This document shows, in pieces, positions 31,857 through 42,807 of a stretch of DNA of 64,000 nt; position 1 is the stretch's first letter, and each line of letters starts with the position of its first letter. The translations under genes were made by a program, and so were the position numbers. The notes beneath the pieces are model-generated. The model saw nothing but the letters and a program-made list of their open reading frames with translations, ran no database searches and had not been told where the DNA came from. Source of the DNA: an uncultured delta proteobacterium (GTDB lineage: Bacteria; Desulfobacterota; Desulfobulbia; Desulfobulbales; Desulfocapsaceae); contig CAVPRJ010000004.1 of assembly GCA_963707715.1 (NCBI GenBank), positions 3,219 through 67,218 on the forward strand, read 5' to 3'.

Positions 31857-33026
31857 CTAGTAGCCGAACTGCTCGTCCTCTTCCTCCATTTTCAGATCCT
31901 TGAGCGACGAGGTAGCCTCCCCCCGTGCCGCCTTGATCTGGTCGATACCGCGGAAGATCTCATTCCGATACGAACAATAGGTGATGGCCGTCTGCTCGGT
32001 GATCAGGCCGTGACTGAAGAGTTCCAGGATGTGCTGGTCAAAGGTCCGCATTTCCAGCGCGGATCCTGCTTTGATAACTTTGTAAAAGGTCTTCTCTTCC
32101 GATTCACCGTTCAAGATCAGGTCTCTGACGCGCAGGCTGGTGCAGAGGATTTCCATTGCCGCGATCCGCCCGCCGCCAACGCGGGGCAGCAGCCGCTGGC
32201 TGACCACCCAGCGGACGGTATCCGCCAGCCGGTGCCGGATCTGCGGCTGCTCATCCCGATCAAACATGCCTAGGCAGCGGTTGATCGCCTGGCCGGCATC
32301 GATGGTATGCAGGGTGGACAATACCAGATGGCCGGTTTCCGCCGCGGTCAAGCCGATTTCCATGGTCTCCCGGTCCCGCATCTCGCCCACCAGAATGACC
32401 TTGGGCGCTTGCCTGAGCGCCGCCCGCATACCCATCGCATAGGTGGAAAAGTCATGGCCGAGCTCACGCTGATTGAAGGTGGCCATATTGTGCTCATGCA
32501 TGTATTCGATCGGGTCTTCCAGGGTGACCACATGCACCGCCCGCTCTTCGTTGATCCTGTTGAGCAGCGCCGCCAGCGAGGTGGTCTTACCGGTACCGGT
32601 GGCACCGGTGAAAATGACAATGCCGTTGAGTTCCCGGGCCATCTTCTCGAAAGCGTGGGGGAAATTCATGCCTTCAATCGAAGGCACCTTCGTTTCAAGC
32701 TTTCGCATCACCGTAGTGATCTGGCCTTTCTGAGTGAATATATTGACCCTGAAGCGGGCCTCATCGCTGAAGGCGTAAGATAGGTCACATGAGCCGTTGA
32801 CCACCAGGTCGGTGAGCAGCCTCTTGTTGTTGCGGATCAAGTTCAAGGCGAAGGTTTCCGACTGGAACGGGGTGAGTTCCCTGACTGGCGGCTCTACCGC
32901 CACCGGTTTCAGGACCCCGGCCGATTCAACCTGCAGGGTTTTGCCGACGGTGATATTTAAATCGGAAACATTGGGATGGGATTCCAGCATTGCGGCGATC
33001 CAATAATCAATCTCCGTCTTTTTCAT
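31857..33026 (-). CDS. pilT: PilT/PilU-family type IV pilus retraction-type ATPase
   Basis: It has Walker A '[10 protein letters not shown]', '[11 protein letters not shown]', '[15 protein letters not shown]' and '[10 protein letters not shown]'. AGGAGGAG precedes the ATG at 33026. Confidence 0.85.
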   Translation of the reverse strand: MKKTEIDYWIAAMLESHPNVSDLNITVGKTLQVESAGVLKPVAVEPPVRELTPFQSETFALNLIRNNKRLLTDLVVNGSCDLSYAFSDEARFRVNIFTQKGQITTVMRKLETKVPSIEGMNFPHAFEKMARELNGIVIFTGATGTGKTTSLAALLNRINEERAVHVVTLEDPIEYMHEHNMATFNQRELGHDFSTYAMGMRAALRQAPKVILVGEMRDRETMEIGLTAAETGHLVLSTLHTIDAGQAINRCLGMFDRDEQPQIRHRLADTVRWVVSQRLLPRVGGGRIAAMEILCTSLRVRDLILNGESEEKTFYKVIKAGSALEMRTFDQHILELFSHGLITEQTAITYCSYRNEIFRGIDQIKAARGEATSSLKDLKMEEEDEQFGY

Positions 33027-33170
33027 GGTCTCCTCCTGAAAAATTGTGCAAGACGCTCCGGTTTCATTGTATACTGTAATAGAATTTTTAAAAAGTACAG
33101 TTTTTTCTATCATTTTCCGCTCATACCGAGGTCGGTGCCGGGCGGTTTTTCATTGCAAGAGGTAAACATC

Positions 33171-35006
33171 ATGGCAATTCAGCTACGCAGCGCCACCACC
33201 ATCCAGGGAAGACGCATGGCCGGAGCCCGCAGCCTCTGGCGGGCAAACGGCATGACCGAGGAACAGATCGGCAAACCGGTCATCGCCATCGTCAACTCGT
33301 TTACCCAGTTCGTTCCCGGCCATGTGCACCTGCACGAAATCGGCCAGCAGATAAAATCGGTCATCGCCGAGCACGGCTGTTTTGCGGCCGAATTCAACAC
33401 CATTGCGATCGATGACGGCATTGCGATGGGCCATGACGGCATGCTCTATTCCCTGCCTTCGCGTGACCTCATTGCCGACAGCGTCGAGTACATGTGCAAT
33501 GCCCATACGGTCGATGCGATGATCTGCATCTCCAACTGCGACAAGATCACCCCCGGCATGCTGATGGCCGCGATGCGCCTCAACATTCCGGCGATTTTCG
33601 TCTCCGGCGGGCCGATGGAGGCCGGCAGCGATGGCAAGAGAAAATACGATCTGATCGATGCGATGATTATGGCCGCCGACCAGGAGATCTCAGATTCGGC
33701 GATCGAAGAGATCGAGCGCTGCGCCTGCCCCACCTGCGGGTCCTGCTCCGGGATGTTCACCGCCAACTCGATGAACTGCCTCAACGAAGCCCTCGGCCTG
33801 GCCCTGCCGGGCAACGGCACGGTGGTAGCCACCCACGCCAACCGGATCAAACTCTTCGAACAGGCCGCCGAGCGGATCGTGGCGATGACTCGGGCCTGGT
33901 ACGAGCACGAAGATGGTACGGTGCTGCCCCGCTCGATCGGTTCCAAGGCCGCCTTCATGAATGCCATGGCACTCGATATTGCGATGGGCGGATCCACCAA
34001 TACCGTGCTGCATTTGCTGGCCATCGCCTTCGAGGCCGGAGTGGACTTCACCATGCAAGACATCGACCATTTGTCCCGCAAAATTCCGAACCTCTGCAAG
34101 GTGTCCCCCTCATCTTCGTATCATGTGGAGGACGTCAACCGGGCTGGCGGTATCATGGGCATCATGGCCGAGCTCGAGCGGGCCGGGTTAATCGACACCA
34201 CGGTCAGCCGGGTGGACAGCCCAAACCTTGCCGCAGTGCTCAAGTCGCATGACATCGCCAGCGACACCGCAACAGACCATGCCCGTCAGCTCTTCCTCAG
34301 CGCCCCTGGAGCCATGGGCCGCAACCTGGTGATGGGCTCGCAGGACAAGTATTACGAGGCAGCCGACCTGGACCGCAGGGCCGGCTGCATCCGCGCTGCC
34401 GAGCATGCTTACAGCAAAGACGGCGGCCTGGCGGTGCTGTTTGGCAATATTGCCGAAAACGGCTGCATCGTCAAAACCGCCGGTGTCGATGAGTCGATTC
34501 TGGTATTCTCCGGAACCGCCCGGGTGTTCAGCTCTCAGGATGAAGCCTGCGAGGCGATCTTAGCTGATAAAATCAGCGCCGGCGAGGTGGTCGTGATACG
34601 CTACGAGGGGCCGCGCGGCGGGCCCGGTATGCAGGAGATGCTTTACCCGACCTCCTATCTCAAATCGAAACACCTCGGCAAGGCCTGTGCGCTGATTACC
34701 GACGGCAGGTTCTCGGGGGGCACCTCCGGGCTCTCCATCGGCCACGTTTCCCCTGAAGCGGCGGCCGGCGGGGCGATCGCGCTGATCGAGGACGGCGACC
34801 GCATCGCCATCGATATTCCCAACCGATCCATCAACGTTGACCTTGCCCCCGCAACGCTGCTGCAGCGCCGCCAGCGAGAAGAGCGCCGCGGGGCGGCGGC
34901 CTTTACCCCGCCGGCAAGGCCCCGGAAAATCTCCACCGCACTGCAGGCCTATGCCCTGCTCGCCACCTCCGCCGACCGGGGTGCAGTCAGGGTGCTGCCC
35001 GAATAG
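33171..35006 (+). CDS. ilvD: Dihydroxy-acid dehydratase
   Basis: '[21 protein letters not shown]', '[12 protein letters not shown]' and '[24 protein letters not shown]' are present. The start is taken at the ATG at 33171. Confidence 0.95.
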   Translation: MAIQLRSATTIQGRRMAGARSLWRANGMTEEQIGKPVIAIVNSFTQFVPGHVHLHEIGQQIKSVIAEHGCFAAEFNTIAIDDGIAMGHDGMLYSLPSRDLIADSVEYMCNAHTVDAMICISNCDKITPGMLMAAMRLNIPAIFVSGGPMEAGSDGKRKYDLIDAMIMAADQEISDSAIEEIERCACPTCGSCSGMFTANSMNCLNEALGLALPGNGTVVATHANRIKLFEQAAERIVAMTRAWYEHEDGTVLPRSIGSKAAFMNAMALDIAMGGSTNTVLHLLAIAFEAGVDFTMQDIDHLSRKIPNLCKVSPSSSYHVEDVNRAGGIMGIMAELERAGLIDTTVSRVDSPNLAAVLKSHDIASDTATDHARQLFLSAPGAMGRNLVMGSQDKYYEAADLDRRAGCIRAAEHAYSKDGGLAVLFGNIAENGCIVKTAGVDESILVFSGTARVFSSQDEACEAILADKISAGEVVVIRYEGPRGGPGMQEMLYPTSYLKSKHLGKACALITDGRFSGGTSGLSIGHVSPEAAAGGAIALIEDGDRIAIDIPNRSINVDLAPATLLQRRQREERRGAAAFTPPARPRKISTALQAYALLATSADRGAVRVLPE

Positions 35007-35344
35007 AGGGTCGCAGGCTGAATAGCGGCCACGCAATCTGAAGGCGGCCAGACCTCGACGGGCGCAGGTCCGGCCGTCCCCTCCTACCCCCCCGCCGTAA
35101 CAAAATAAGAACTTGAAATCGTTAGTTTTTTGATTTTTTACACTTATGTGAAAAAGGCTTGCATTTCCCCGGTCAGGGATTACCATGTACCTGTTGATAA
35201 TGGGAATCACTATCATTGACGTCAAAGACTAACCAGCTGATTCCGCTATTAAACTTGGCAACGGGAGATGTACCTGCTATTATTTTCCATAAACCGTTCC
35301 CAACGGCTCGTTAACCCGTTTTCTTCTGCCAGAGAGCATTCGAC

Positions 35345-37126
35345 GTGAAACCGACCAATATCAAAAATCCCGAGTATTTTCATAAGGTGGTGGACTGCCA
35401 GTACGCCTGTCCTGCCCACACCCCGGTGCCGGAATATATCAGGTTGATTCTGCACAAAGATCACACCGAGGCCTACATGATAAACTGGGTCTCCAATGTC
35501 TTCCCCGGGATTCTGGGACGGGTCTGCGACCGGCCCTGTGAACCGGCCTGCCGCCGCGGCCGGGTCGAAGACGAACCGGTGGCAATCTGCCGGCTCAAGC
35601 GCGTTGCAGCCGATAACCGCAATGATGTCCTACCATTGCTGCCCAAAGCCCCGGAAAAGAAAAATGGTAAACGGGTCGCCCTGATCGGCGGCGGGCCTGC
35701 CTCCCTGACCGTTGCCCGAGATCTGGCCCTGCTCGGCTACGAACTCGATCTCTACGATGAGTGTAATCAGGCCGGCGGCTTCATGCGCAGCCAGGTTCCC
35801 GCCTTCCGACTGCCTGAACAGGTGCTCAATACCGAAATCGATTACATCCTGGACATCGGGGGCATCACCACCCATTTCAACACCTACGTCTCCGACCTTA
35901 AGGAGGTCATAGACAAGGACTACGACGCGATCTTCGTGGGCTCCGGCGCCCCCCGGGGCCGGGATCTCCCCGACCTTCCGGGCAGGCAGGAAGGTGATGC
36001 GGCGATCCATGTAGGCATCGACTGGCTGGCCGGCGTGGTCTTCGCCCATGTGAAAAAAACAGGCAAACGGGTGCTGGTCCTTGGCGGCGGCAACACCGCA
36101 ATGGACTGCTGCCGGACCGCCCGGCGACTCGGCGGTGAAGACGTCAAGGTAATCGTGCGCAGCCCCCAGGCCGATATGAAAGCCTCCGAATGGGAGATCG
36201 AGGATGCGCTGCGGGAAGATATCCCGATCCTCGACAACTTGACCCCGCTCGAATTCATCATCGAAAACGGCAAACTCACCGGCATGCGCTTTGAAAAAGT
36301 CGAAGCCCGCTATGATGACGATGGCAGACGTCGACTGGTGCCCACCGGTGAAGATCCGATTACCTTTGCTTGTGATGAAGTTCTGCTTGCCATCGGCCAG
36401 CAGAATGCCCTTCCGTTTATTACGGCCGCCAGTGGCGTAAAATGTGATGACAGAGGGCTTCCCGAGCTTGATCCGGTTACCCTGCAGTCGTCGGTGCCGT
36501 CCATCTTTTTTGGCGGCGATGCGGCCTTTGGTCCGGGCAACATCATTACCGCGGTGGCCCACGGGCACGAGGCCGCCATCTCGATCGATCTATTCTGCCG
36601 AGGTGAAGACCTGCGCAACCGCCCGGCTCCGGAAGTTACCCTGGCCGGCCAGAAACTCGGCTTCCACGACTGGCTCTACGACAGCCATGTAATCGACGAC
36701 GAGCGCCAGAACGTGATTATGGTAGACAAGGCCAAGTCGCTGCGCGACCGGCTCATCGAAGTGGAACTCGGCTTCGAGGAAAAAGCTGGCAAGGTCGAGG
36801 CCAAGCGCTGTCTGAACTGCGATGTGCAGACGGTTTTTGATCACGAGTTGTGCATCGAATGCGATGCCTGTGTAGACGCCTGCCCGACTTCGTGCATCAA
36901 TTTTATCGAAAACGCAGAAGAGGACGAGTTACGGGAGAATCTGCTGGTGCCCGCCCACAACCGCGGGCAGGATCTCTATGTCTCGGATACACTGCCCACC
37001 GGGCGGGTCATGGTCAAGGATGAGAATGTCTGCCTGCACTGCGGCATCTGTGCCGAACGCTGCCCCACCGCCGCCTGGGAGATGATCAAATATGTCTATA
37101 AATCTGCAAAAGCCGGGGACAGATGA
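35345..37126 (+). CDS. GltD/SudA-like FAD/NAD(P)-dependent oxidoreductase with N-terminal Fe-S domain and C-terminal 2x[4Fe-4S] ferredoxin domain
   Basis: It reads 'CQYACPAHTPVPEYI' and 'CDRPCEPAC', has the dinucleotide folds 'VALIGGGPASL' and 'VLVLGGGNTAMD', and ends with 'CLNCDVQ...CIECDACVDACP' and 'CLHCGICAERCP'. The stop overlaps the korA start (ATGA). Confidence 0.8.
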   Translation: MKPTNIKNPEYFHKVVDCQYACPAHTPVPEYIRLILHKDHTEAYMINWVSNVFPGILGRVCDRPCEPACRRGRVEDEPVAICRLKRVAADNRNDVLPLLPKAPEKKNGKRVALIGGGPASLTVARDLALLGYELDLYDECNQAGGFMRSQVPAFRLPEQVLNTEIDYILDIGGITTHFNTYVSDLKEVIDKDYDAIFVGSGAPRGRDLPDLPGRQEGDAAIHVGIDWLAGVVFAHVKKTGKRVLVLGGGNTAMDCCRTARRLGGEDVKVIVRSPQADMKASEWEIEDALREDIPILDNLTPLEFIIENGKLTGMRFEKVEARYDDDGRRRLVPTGEDPITFACDEVLLAIGQQNALPFITAASGVKCDDRGLPELDPVTLQSSVPSIFFGGDAAFGPGNIITAVAHGHEAAISIDLFCRGEDLRNRPAPEVTLAGQKLGFHDWLYDSHVIDDERQNVIMVDKAKSLRDRLIEVELGFEEKAGKVEAKRCLNCDVQTVFDHELCIECDACVDACPTSCINFIENAEEDELRENLLVPAHNRGQDLYVSDTLPTGRVMVKDENVCLHCGICAERCPTAAWEMIKYVYKSAKAGDR

Positions 37127-38982
37127 AACGACTTGAGAGAGTAAACGACTTCGTTATCCGCTTTGCCAACGTAAACGGTTCCGGATCGGCCAGTGCCAAT
37201 AACCTTTTTGCCAAAGTCGTATATCGCTTAGGCGTTCCGGTCAGCCCGAAGAACGTCTTCCCATCCAACATCCAGGGGCTGCCGACCTGGTATGAGGTGC
37301 GGATCAGCGAACAGGGCTATCTCGGCAGGCGGGGCGGGGCCGATTTCATCATTGCAGTCAACGGCCAGACCCTGCGCGACGACTATGACATGGTGCAGCC
37401 GGGCGGCTATTTTCTGTACGATTCGACCAGGGAATTGCCGGAAGGGTTCAACCGTGATGATGTGACCCTGATAGGTATCCCGTTGACCCAATTGTGCAAC
37501 GACGAGTTCCAGGACAACCGGATGCGCCAACTGATGAAAAACATCATCTATATCGGTTCTCTGGCCTATCTCCTGGACATCGGCATGGAGCCGATCAGCG
37601 CTTCGATAAGAAAGCAGTTTGCCAAAAAACCAAAACTTGCCGAACCCAATATCAAGGCGCTGGAACTGGGCTTCGATTATGCCCGGGAGCATCATCCGGA
37701 CAGCTGCGGCCTGCGGATCAAGCCCTCCCAAGCTGTAGGCACGCGCATCCTGATCGACGGCAACAGCGGGACGGCCCTGGGCGCCCTGTTCGGCGGGGCA
37801 ACCGTGGCCGGCTGGTATCCGATCACCCCGTCAACCTCGGTGGTCGAAGCCTTCGAGCGTTATGCCAACCGCTACCGGGTCGATCCGGAAACGGGCAAAA
37901 AGAAATTTGCCATCGTTCAGGCCGAAGACGAGCTGGCCGCGATCGGCATCGCCATCGGGGCCGGCTGGAACGGCGCCCGCGCTTTTACCGCCACCTCGGG
38001 CCCGGGCATCTCGCTGATGAGCGAGTTCTTGGGCCTGGCCTATTTTACCGAAATACCACTGGTGCTGATCGATGTCCAGCGCAGCGGGCCGAGCACCGGG
38101 ATGCCCACCCGCACCCAGCAGTCAGACCTGCTGTCCTGTGCCTACGCCTCACACGGCGACACCCGCAATGTGCTGCTCTTTCCCAGCGATCCGCACGAGT
38201 GCTTCGAGATGACCGCCGACGCCTTCGATCTGGCGGATCGTCTGCAGACCCCGATCATCGTCATGAGCGACCTCGACCTGGGCATGAACGACCACCTCTG
38301 TGAACCCTTCTCCTGGGACGACGACCGACGCTACGACCGGGGCAAGGTACTCAGCGCCGAGGATCTCGACAAGATCGAGCATAAATGGGGACGTTACCTC
38401 GATATCGACAAGGACGGCATCTGCTATCGAACCCTGCCCGGCACCCACCCCGAAAAAGGGGCTTACACGACCCGCGGCACCTCCCACACCGAATATGCCG
38501 CCTACACAGAGGGCAGCGCCGCCTATGAACGCGGCATGAAACGCCTGCTGATCAAGTGGGAAACGGCCCGCAACCTGGTACCGATGCCTGAAATCAGGAT
38601 ACGCGACGAGAGCAGAAAAATCGGTGCCCTCTATTTCGGATCGACGGCTGCAGCGGCGATCGAAGCCCTGGACAGACTCGAAGAAAATAATATTGCTATC
38701 AATTCCATGCGGATCAAAGCCTTTCCGTTTCAGCGGGAGGTATTCGAATTTATCTCTGAGCACGACCTGGTTTTTGCGATCGAACAGAACCGCGACTCGC
38801 AGATGCAGATCCTGCTGGCCGGCGAATGTCTGATCGCTCCCGGCAAGATGGCGCCGGTCACCAACTTCAACGGACTGCCGATCACCGCCCGGATGATCAC
38901 CAATCAGGTGCACACCGCGCTGCTTGCCCGAGGCAAGGCCTTTATCGGCACGGCAACGGCCGTGCAGGAGAGTACCCCATGA
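37123..38982 (+). CDS. korA: 2-oxoacid:ferredoxin (acceptor) oxidoreductase subunit alpha (fused gamma-alpha type)
   Basis: It is 619 aa with 'GNSGTALGALFGGATVAGWYPITPSTS' and 'AFTATSGPGISLM'. Confidence 0.85.
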   Translation: MKRLERVNDFVIRFANVNGSGSASANNLFAKVVYRLGVPVSPKNVFPSNIQGLPTWYEVRISEQGYLGRRGGADFIIAVNGQTLRDDYDMVQPGGYFLYDSTRELPEGFNRDDVTLIGIPLTQLCNDEFQDNRMRQLMKNIIYIGSLAYLLDIGMEPISASIRKQFAKKPKLAEPNIKALELGFDYAREHHPDSCGLRIKPSQAVGTRILIDGNSGTALGALFGGATVAGWYPITPSTSVVEAFERYANRYRVDPETGKKKFAIVQAEDELAAIGIAIGAGWNGARAFTATSGPGISLMSEFLGLAYFTEIPLVLIDVQRSGPSTGMPTRTQQSDLLSCAYASHGDTRNVLLFPSDPHECFEMTADAFDLADRLQTPIIVMSDLDLGMNDHLCEPFSWDDDRRYDRGKVLSAEDLDKIEHKWGRYLDIDKDGICYRTLPGTHPEKGAYTTRGTSHTEYAAYTEGSAAYERGMKRLLIKWETARNLVPMPEIRIRDESRKIGALYFGSTAAAAIEALDRLEENNIAINSMRIKAFPFQREVFEFISEHDLVFAIEQNRDSQMQILLAGECLIAPGKMAPVTNFNGLPITARMITNQVHTALLARGKAFIGTATAVQESTP

Positions 38983-40031
38983 GTTACACCAGACCGACAT
39001 TCCGCCACCCCGAGGCCCGGAAGAACAAGCTCGGCTTTTCCCGCAAGGCTTACGAAGGGGCGATTTCCACCCTCTGCGCCGGCTGCGGGCATGACTCCAT
39101 TGTCAGCGCCATCGTCACCGCCTTCTTCGAGATGTCCATCGAACCGCACCGGGTGGTCAAACTCTCGGGCATCGGCTGTTCCTCGAAGACGCCGGCCTAC
39201 TTTCTGGGTCTTTCGCACGGCTTCAATTCGGTACACGGCCGCATGCCTTCGGTGGCCACCGGCGCCAACATGGCCAATCGAGAGCTGGTCTACCTGGGCG
39301 TCTCCGGCGACGGCGACACCGCCTCGATCGGGCTGGGGCAGTTTGCCCATGTGGTCAGGCGCAACCTCAACATGATCTATATCGTGATGAACAACGGCTG
39401 CTACGGCCTTACCAAGGGCCAGGATTCAGCCACCGCCGACAAGGGTTCGAGAAGCAGAAAGGGAGCGCCGGTCTCGTTCGAATCCATCGACCTGTGCGAA
39501 CTGGCCATCCAGCTTGGCGCCGACTTCGTTGCCCGCGGCTTTTCAGGCGACAAAAAACAGCTCGTGCCGATGCTCAAAGCGGCGATCGCCCACAAAGGAA
39601 TGGCCTTCGTCGATGTGATTTCCCCCTGTGTGACTTTCAACAACGCCCCGACTTCGACCAAGAGCTACTCCTGGGTTCGGGACCATATAGAGGCCACCGC
39701 AGCTCTTGACTTTATTCCGCTGCAGCCGGAGATCACCACCGAGTACGATCACGGCACCGCCATACCTGTTGAACTGCACGATGGATCGATCATCAATCTC
39801 TACAAGCGGGAGGACAAGGAGGTGATCACCAGCAAGAGAGAGGCGATCGCTGCCCTGGAAGAAGCCAAAGTCAAGGAGCAGATTCTCACCGGCGTGCTCT
39901 ATCTGAACCCGCAAAGCGAAGACTTTCACGACATCAACCAGACGGCTGAGCAGCCCCTCAACCTGATGGGCGAGAGAGAACTCTGCCCCGGCAATGAAAT
40001 GCTGCAGGCCCTGAATGAGAGTTTACGCTGA
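38979..40031 (+). CDS. korB: 2-oxoacid:ferredoxin oxidoreductase subunit beta (TPP-binding)
   Basis: 'CAGCGHDSI' and the TPP motif 'YLGVSGDGDTASIGLGQFAHVVRRNLNMIYIVMNNGCYGLTKGQ' are present. The ATG at 38979 overlaps the korA stop. Confidence 0.85.
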   Translation: MSYTRPTFRHPEARKNKLGFSRKAYEGAISTLCAGCGHDSIVSAIVTAFFEMSIEPHRVVKLSGIGCSSKTPAYFLGLSHGFNSVHGRMPSVATGANMANRELVYLGVSGDGDTASIGLGQFAHVVRRNLNMIYIVMNNGCYGLTKGQDSATADKGSRSRKGAPVSFESIDLCELAIQLGADFVARGFSGDKKQLVPMLKAAIAHKGMAFVDVISPCVTFNNAPTSTKSYSWVRDHIEATAALDFIPLQPEITTEYDHGTAIPVELHDGSIINLYKREDKEVITSKREAIAALEEAKVKEQILTGVLYLNPQSEDFHDINQTAEQPLNLMGERELCPGNEMLQALNESLR

Positions 40032-40365
40032 AAAAGTGGACAAGCTTATTTCCGCTTCTGCATTGGTGCAGTGAACTCCCGGGATAGTGCCGCCGGCTGG
40101 CATCCGCTGTCCAGCAGGCGCCGCTTTTTTCAGACCCCTTACGCGTATTAACCTTTACCGGGCCACAGTGCGCGCCGCCGGAACCGCTCAGCCTGCACAA
40201 GCTCCGTTTACTTCTCATCTTGTTCTTCGCGGTTGAATTCTCTATAAATGCTTACTACGATAGCAGCATACATACCAGGCAGCCCCACTGCAAGGCGAGT
40301 AGCCCAGTTACTATGATATTACGAACCGTGATCTGCTGATTGACCCCAACTATGCTGGCTTTTCC

Positions 40366-42807
40366 GTGGTAAATCCCAGAATTCTGCACGCCCTAATCGC
40401 TTGCTGCAACAGCGGACGATATCCCCTCAGCTTGGTGCTGCTCCTGCTGGTCCTGAAATCGCCCCTCTCCGCGGCCGGCTCGAGTGCTGTGGACAGCCCG
40501 CTTGACATCACCCAGGCAGCCTTCCGCCAGGCCGGCTGCATGCCCGAGAAGCGCTACAACTATCACAAGGATACCATTCGGGCGCTGTCCTATACCAAAA
40601 TGCGGGCACTGCGGGCCTTCTGTGCGATACCAGATATTGATGACGACGAAGCGGTGGCCGCGCTCGAAAAGCTGGTCTTCTACCCCCTCAACTTTGATCA
40701 AGTGCGTTTCTTCGAGGCCGTCACCGATCTCGAGGACATCTCATACGCTCGGGCCTGGCAGCTTCTGGAGCTGAGCTCCAGCCTGGAGTTCACTGCGATG
40801 CAGGCGGTCCTGCAGATCCCGGCTATTGACGGACTCGACACCGCAACAGTGCTCGAGCTCGTCAGCAAAATCAACGCGCTTGACGACTATGGCCGTTGGG
40901 CGGCCAAGGCCCTGTTTGCTGTTGCGGGCATTGATCGCGGCGCGGCGCTTAAAGCTGTTGCGCTGCTTGAAAAGATGAATACCGCCCAGCACTTGAGCGT
41001 GGAGCAGAGCTGCCTGATCGAGGCGATGGACACCAACACGATCATGCAGATGCTGCCGCGCATTGCCTCTCTGAAATCGCAGGACGCCCTGAACAGCGTC
41101 GGCCTTTACAGCCTCAAGACGATGACGCCCTCGCAGGCCCTGTACTGGCTGTCCTCCTATTTCAGCCTCCCGGAAACCGGTGCCGAACAGCACTACTATT
41201 CACTTTCTGCAGAACAGCAGGCAACCCTGCTCGATGGGTTCGCTGAAGCCTCCGAGTACCACATTCGCAAGATCAACGATCTGCATGCGGTCACCAACCG
41301 CTACGGTGGCGAAATCAGCACCGGTGCACTGGCCGCCGGCGGCGCCGAAACCATCCGCAGGCTGTTTGCCAAACTGCACGAAAAAGCCAGGCAGCGCTAT
41401 GCTGGCGCGCTTGAACAGGCTCTTGCAGAAGGAAAAATCTACCCGGCGATCGAGGTGTTGAAACAGGCCACCGCACTGGCCCGCAAACAGACCGCCCGCG
41501 ACCTGAGTTCGGCCAATATCTATATCGTACTGTCCCGCGGCAGCGAACTCTACGATTCATCCTTCCGTGACATCCTGGTTCCCGTCCTGCTCTCGAGGAT
41601 CAGGACATCGTTTGACGGCAACCTGCTCAATTTCATGACCCGGACCGATCCCGGCAACCGCTCTGTCTCGGATTTCATTATCAGTTGCGCTCAGAAAGGC
41701 AAACTGACCGCCTTTTTCCCGAAAGATTCGGCCGAACAGCGCATCATTCTCGATCTGATGGCCCAGTCGGCCTTCCGGAACGAGCAGAGCCTGATCCTGT
41801 TTTCGGCGACCTTTGCCACCCTGCTGGAAAAACTCGAACCTCCAGCCAGGAGTTATCTGATCGACAAGATGATCAACACCATCGACGGCTCAGCATCGAC
41901 CTTCGCGCTGCAGCTCCGCGTGATTCTGCAGTATTATCTGGACCAGCACCCAGCGCTTCTTGCGGCCGACGACCGCCGTCTCATACAGGAGCTGATAGGG
42001 CGCTATGGTGCGGTGGACCTAGGCCAATATACCGCCAACGATTTCAAGCGCTGGAAAGAGGACCGGAGCCTGCGCAGCCTGTCCATCTTCCAGCACGACG
42101 ATGACGGCAAGATATCGTATCTGTCCAACAGTCGAAACCTGCTTGAAAACGGCTATAAGCCGCGGCTCTCTAGCAGCCTGAACCTGCTGCCCACGCCCAG
42201 CCCGGTCGCCGACCAGGCCAAACGCCTTATGGCCCAGCGCGATGTCGCCGCACTCTACAGGCTCTCCGTTACCGCCCCGCTGATCGTCGAGTATCATAAA
42301 ATGATCAACAACATTGAACTCAGCCACAGTGTAGCCGTCTATCAGAACGAGGCGGCCCAGCAACGGCTGCTGAAACAATATCTTGAAAGCGGCATGGAGA
42401 TGTTCGCCCAGCGCGGCCACAGCTACTGGCGTGAAGAGCAGCTTCTCAAACCGATGCGGCAACTGCTCGAGTCGGGGGAGATCAGCCATGCAACCATCCC
42501 CGCTCTCAACCGCTTCATGTCGATCGGCTCCTGCGGAGGCATCAGGATCTACTCCGAATTAAACCGGCTGTTCAACAACTCCGTCGATATCTTCGCCACC
42601 GTCGGTACCGGCAAAGCCATGGTAAACGATCCTTACAATCAGCGCTTATTTGAAATCATTGCCACCTCAGGCGACGAGTTGAGCTGGGAAGATGTGGTCC
42701 GGCGCCTCACCCCGATTCTGTCCGACGGACGGGGCAGCGACTATCTGCAGCCGGGCTCACTGCCGGCAATCCTGCATAAAATGATGGATCTCAGGAGCCT
42801 GAACTGA
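40366..42807 (+). CDS. Hypothetical 813-aa secreted protein with N-terminal helical repeats and a C-terminal His/Cys-containing domain
   Basis: It is a long uninterrupted ORF with composition like its neighbours. The N-terminus looks like a signal peptide ('LSLVLLLLVLKSPLSAAG'). I recognise no family. The stop overlaps the holA ATG (TGATG at 42805-42809). Confidence 0.6.
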   Translation: MVNPRILHALIACCNSGRYPLSLVLLLLVLKSPLSAAGSSAVDSPLDITQAAFRQAGCMPEKRYNYHKDTIRALSYTKMRALRAFCAIPDIDDDEAVAALEKLVFYPLNFDQVRFFEAVTDLEDISYARAWQLLELSSSLEFTAMQAVLQIPAIDGLDTATVLELVSKINALDDYGRWAAKALFAVAGIDRGAALKAVALLEKMNTAQHLSVEQSCLIEAMDTNTIMQMLPRIASLKSQDALNSVGLYSLKTMTPSQALYWLSSYFSLPETGAEQHYYSLSAEQQATLLDGFAEASEYHIRKINDLHAVTNRYGGEISTGALAAGGAETIRRLFAKLHEKARQRYAGALEQALAEGKIYPAIEVLKQATALARKQTARDLSSANIYIVLSRGSELYDSSFRDILVPVLLSRIRTSFDGNLLNFMTRTDPGNRSVSDFIISCAQKGKLTAFFPKDSAEQRIILDLMAQSAFRNEQSLILFSATFATLLEKLEPPARSYLIDKMINTIDGSASTFALQLRVILQYYLDQHPALLAADDRRLIQELIGRYGAVDLGQYTANDFKRWKEDRSLRSLSIFQHDDDGKISYLSNSRNLLENGYKPRLSSSLNLLPTPSPVADQAKRLMAQRDVAALYRLSVTAPLIVEYHKMINNIELSHSVAVYQNEAAQQRLLKQYLESGMEMFAQRGHSYWREEQLLKPMRQLLESGEISHATIPALNRFMSIGSCGGIRIYSELNRLFNNSVDIFATVGTGKAMVNDPYNQRLFEIIATSGDELSWEDVVRRLTPILSDGRGSDYLQPGSLPAILHKMMDLRSLN

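Noticed and set aside
32976-33170. The long N-terminal extension of the ilvD ORF, which would overlap the pilT start region.
   Set aside because: The conserved IlvD N-terminus begins at the ATG at 33171. The upstream part is just an open frame through the divergent promoter region.
35230-35344. A sigma-54 promoter (TGGCA...) upstream of the GltD-like/korAB genes.
   Set aside because: 'TTGGCAACGGGAGATGT' has the GG element, but no TTGC falls at the required spacing.
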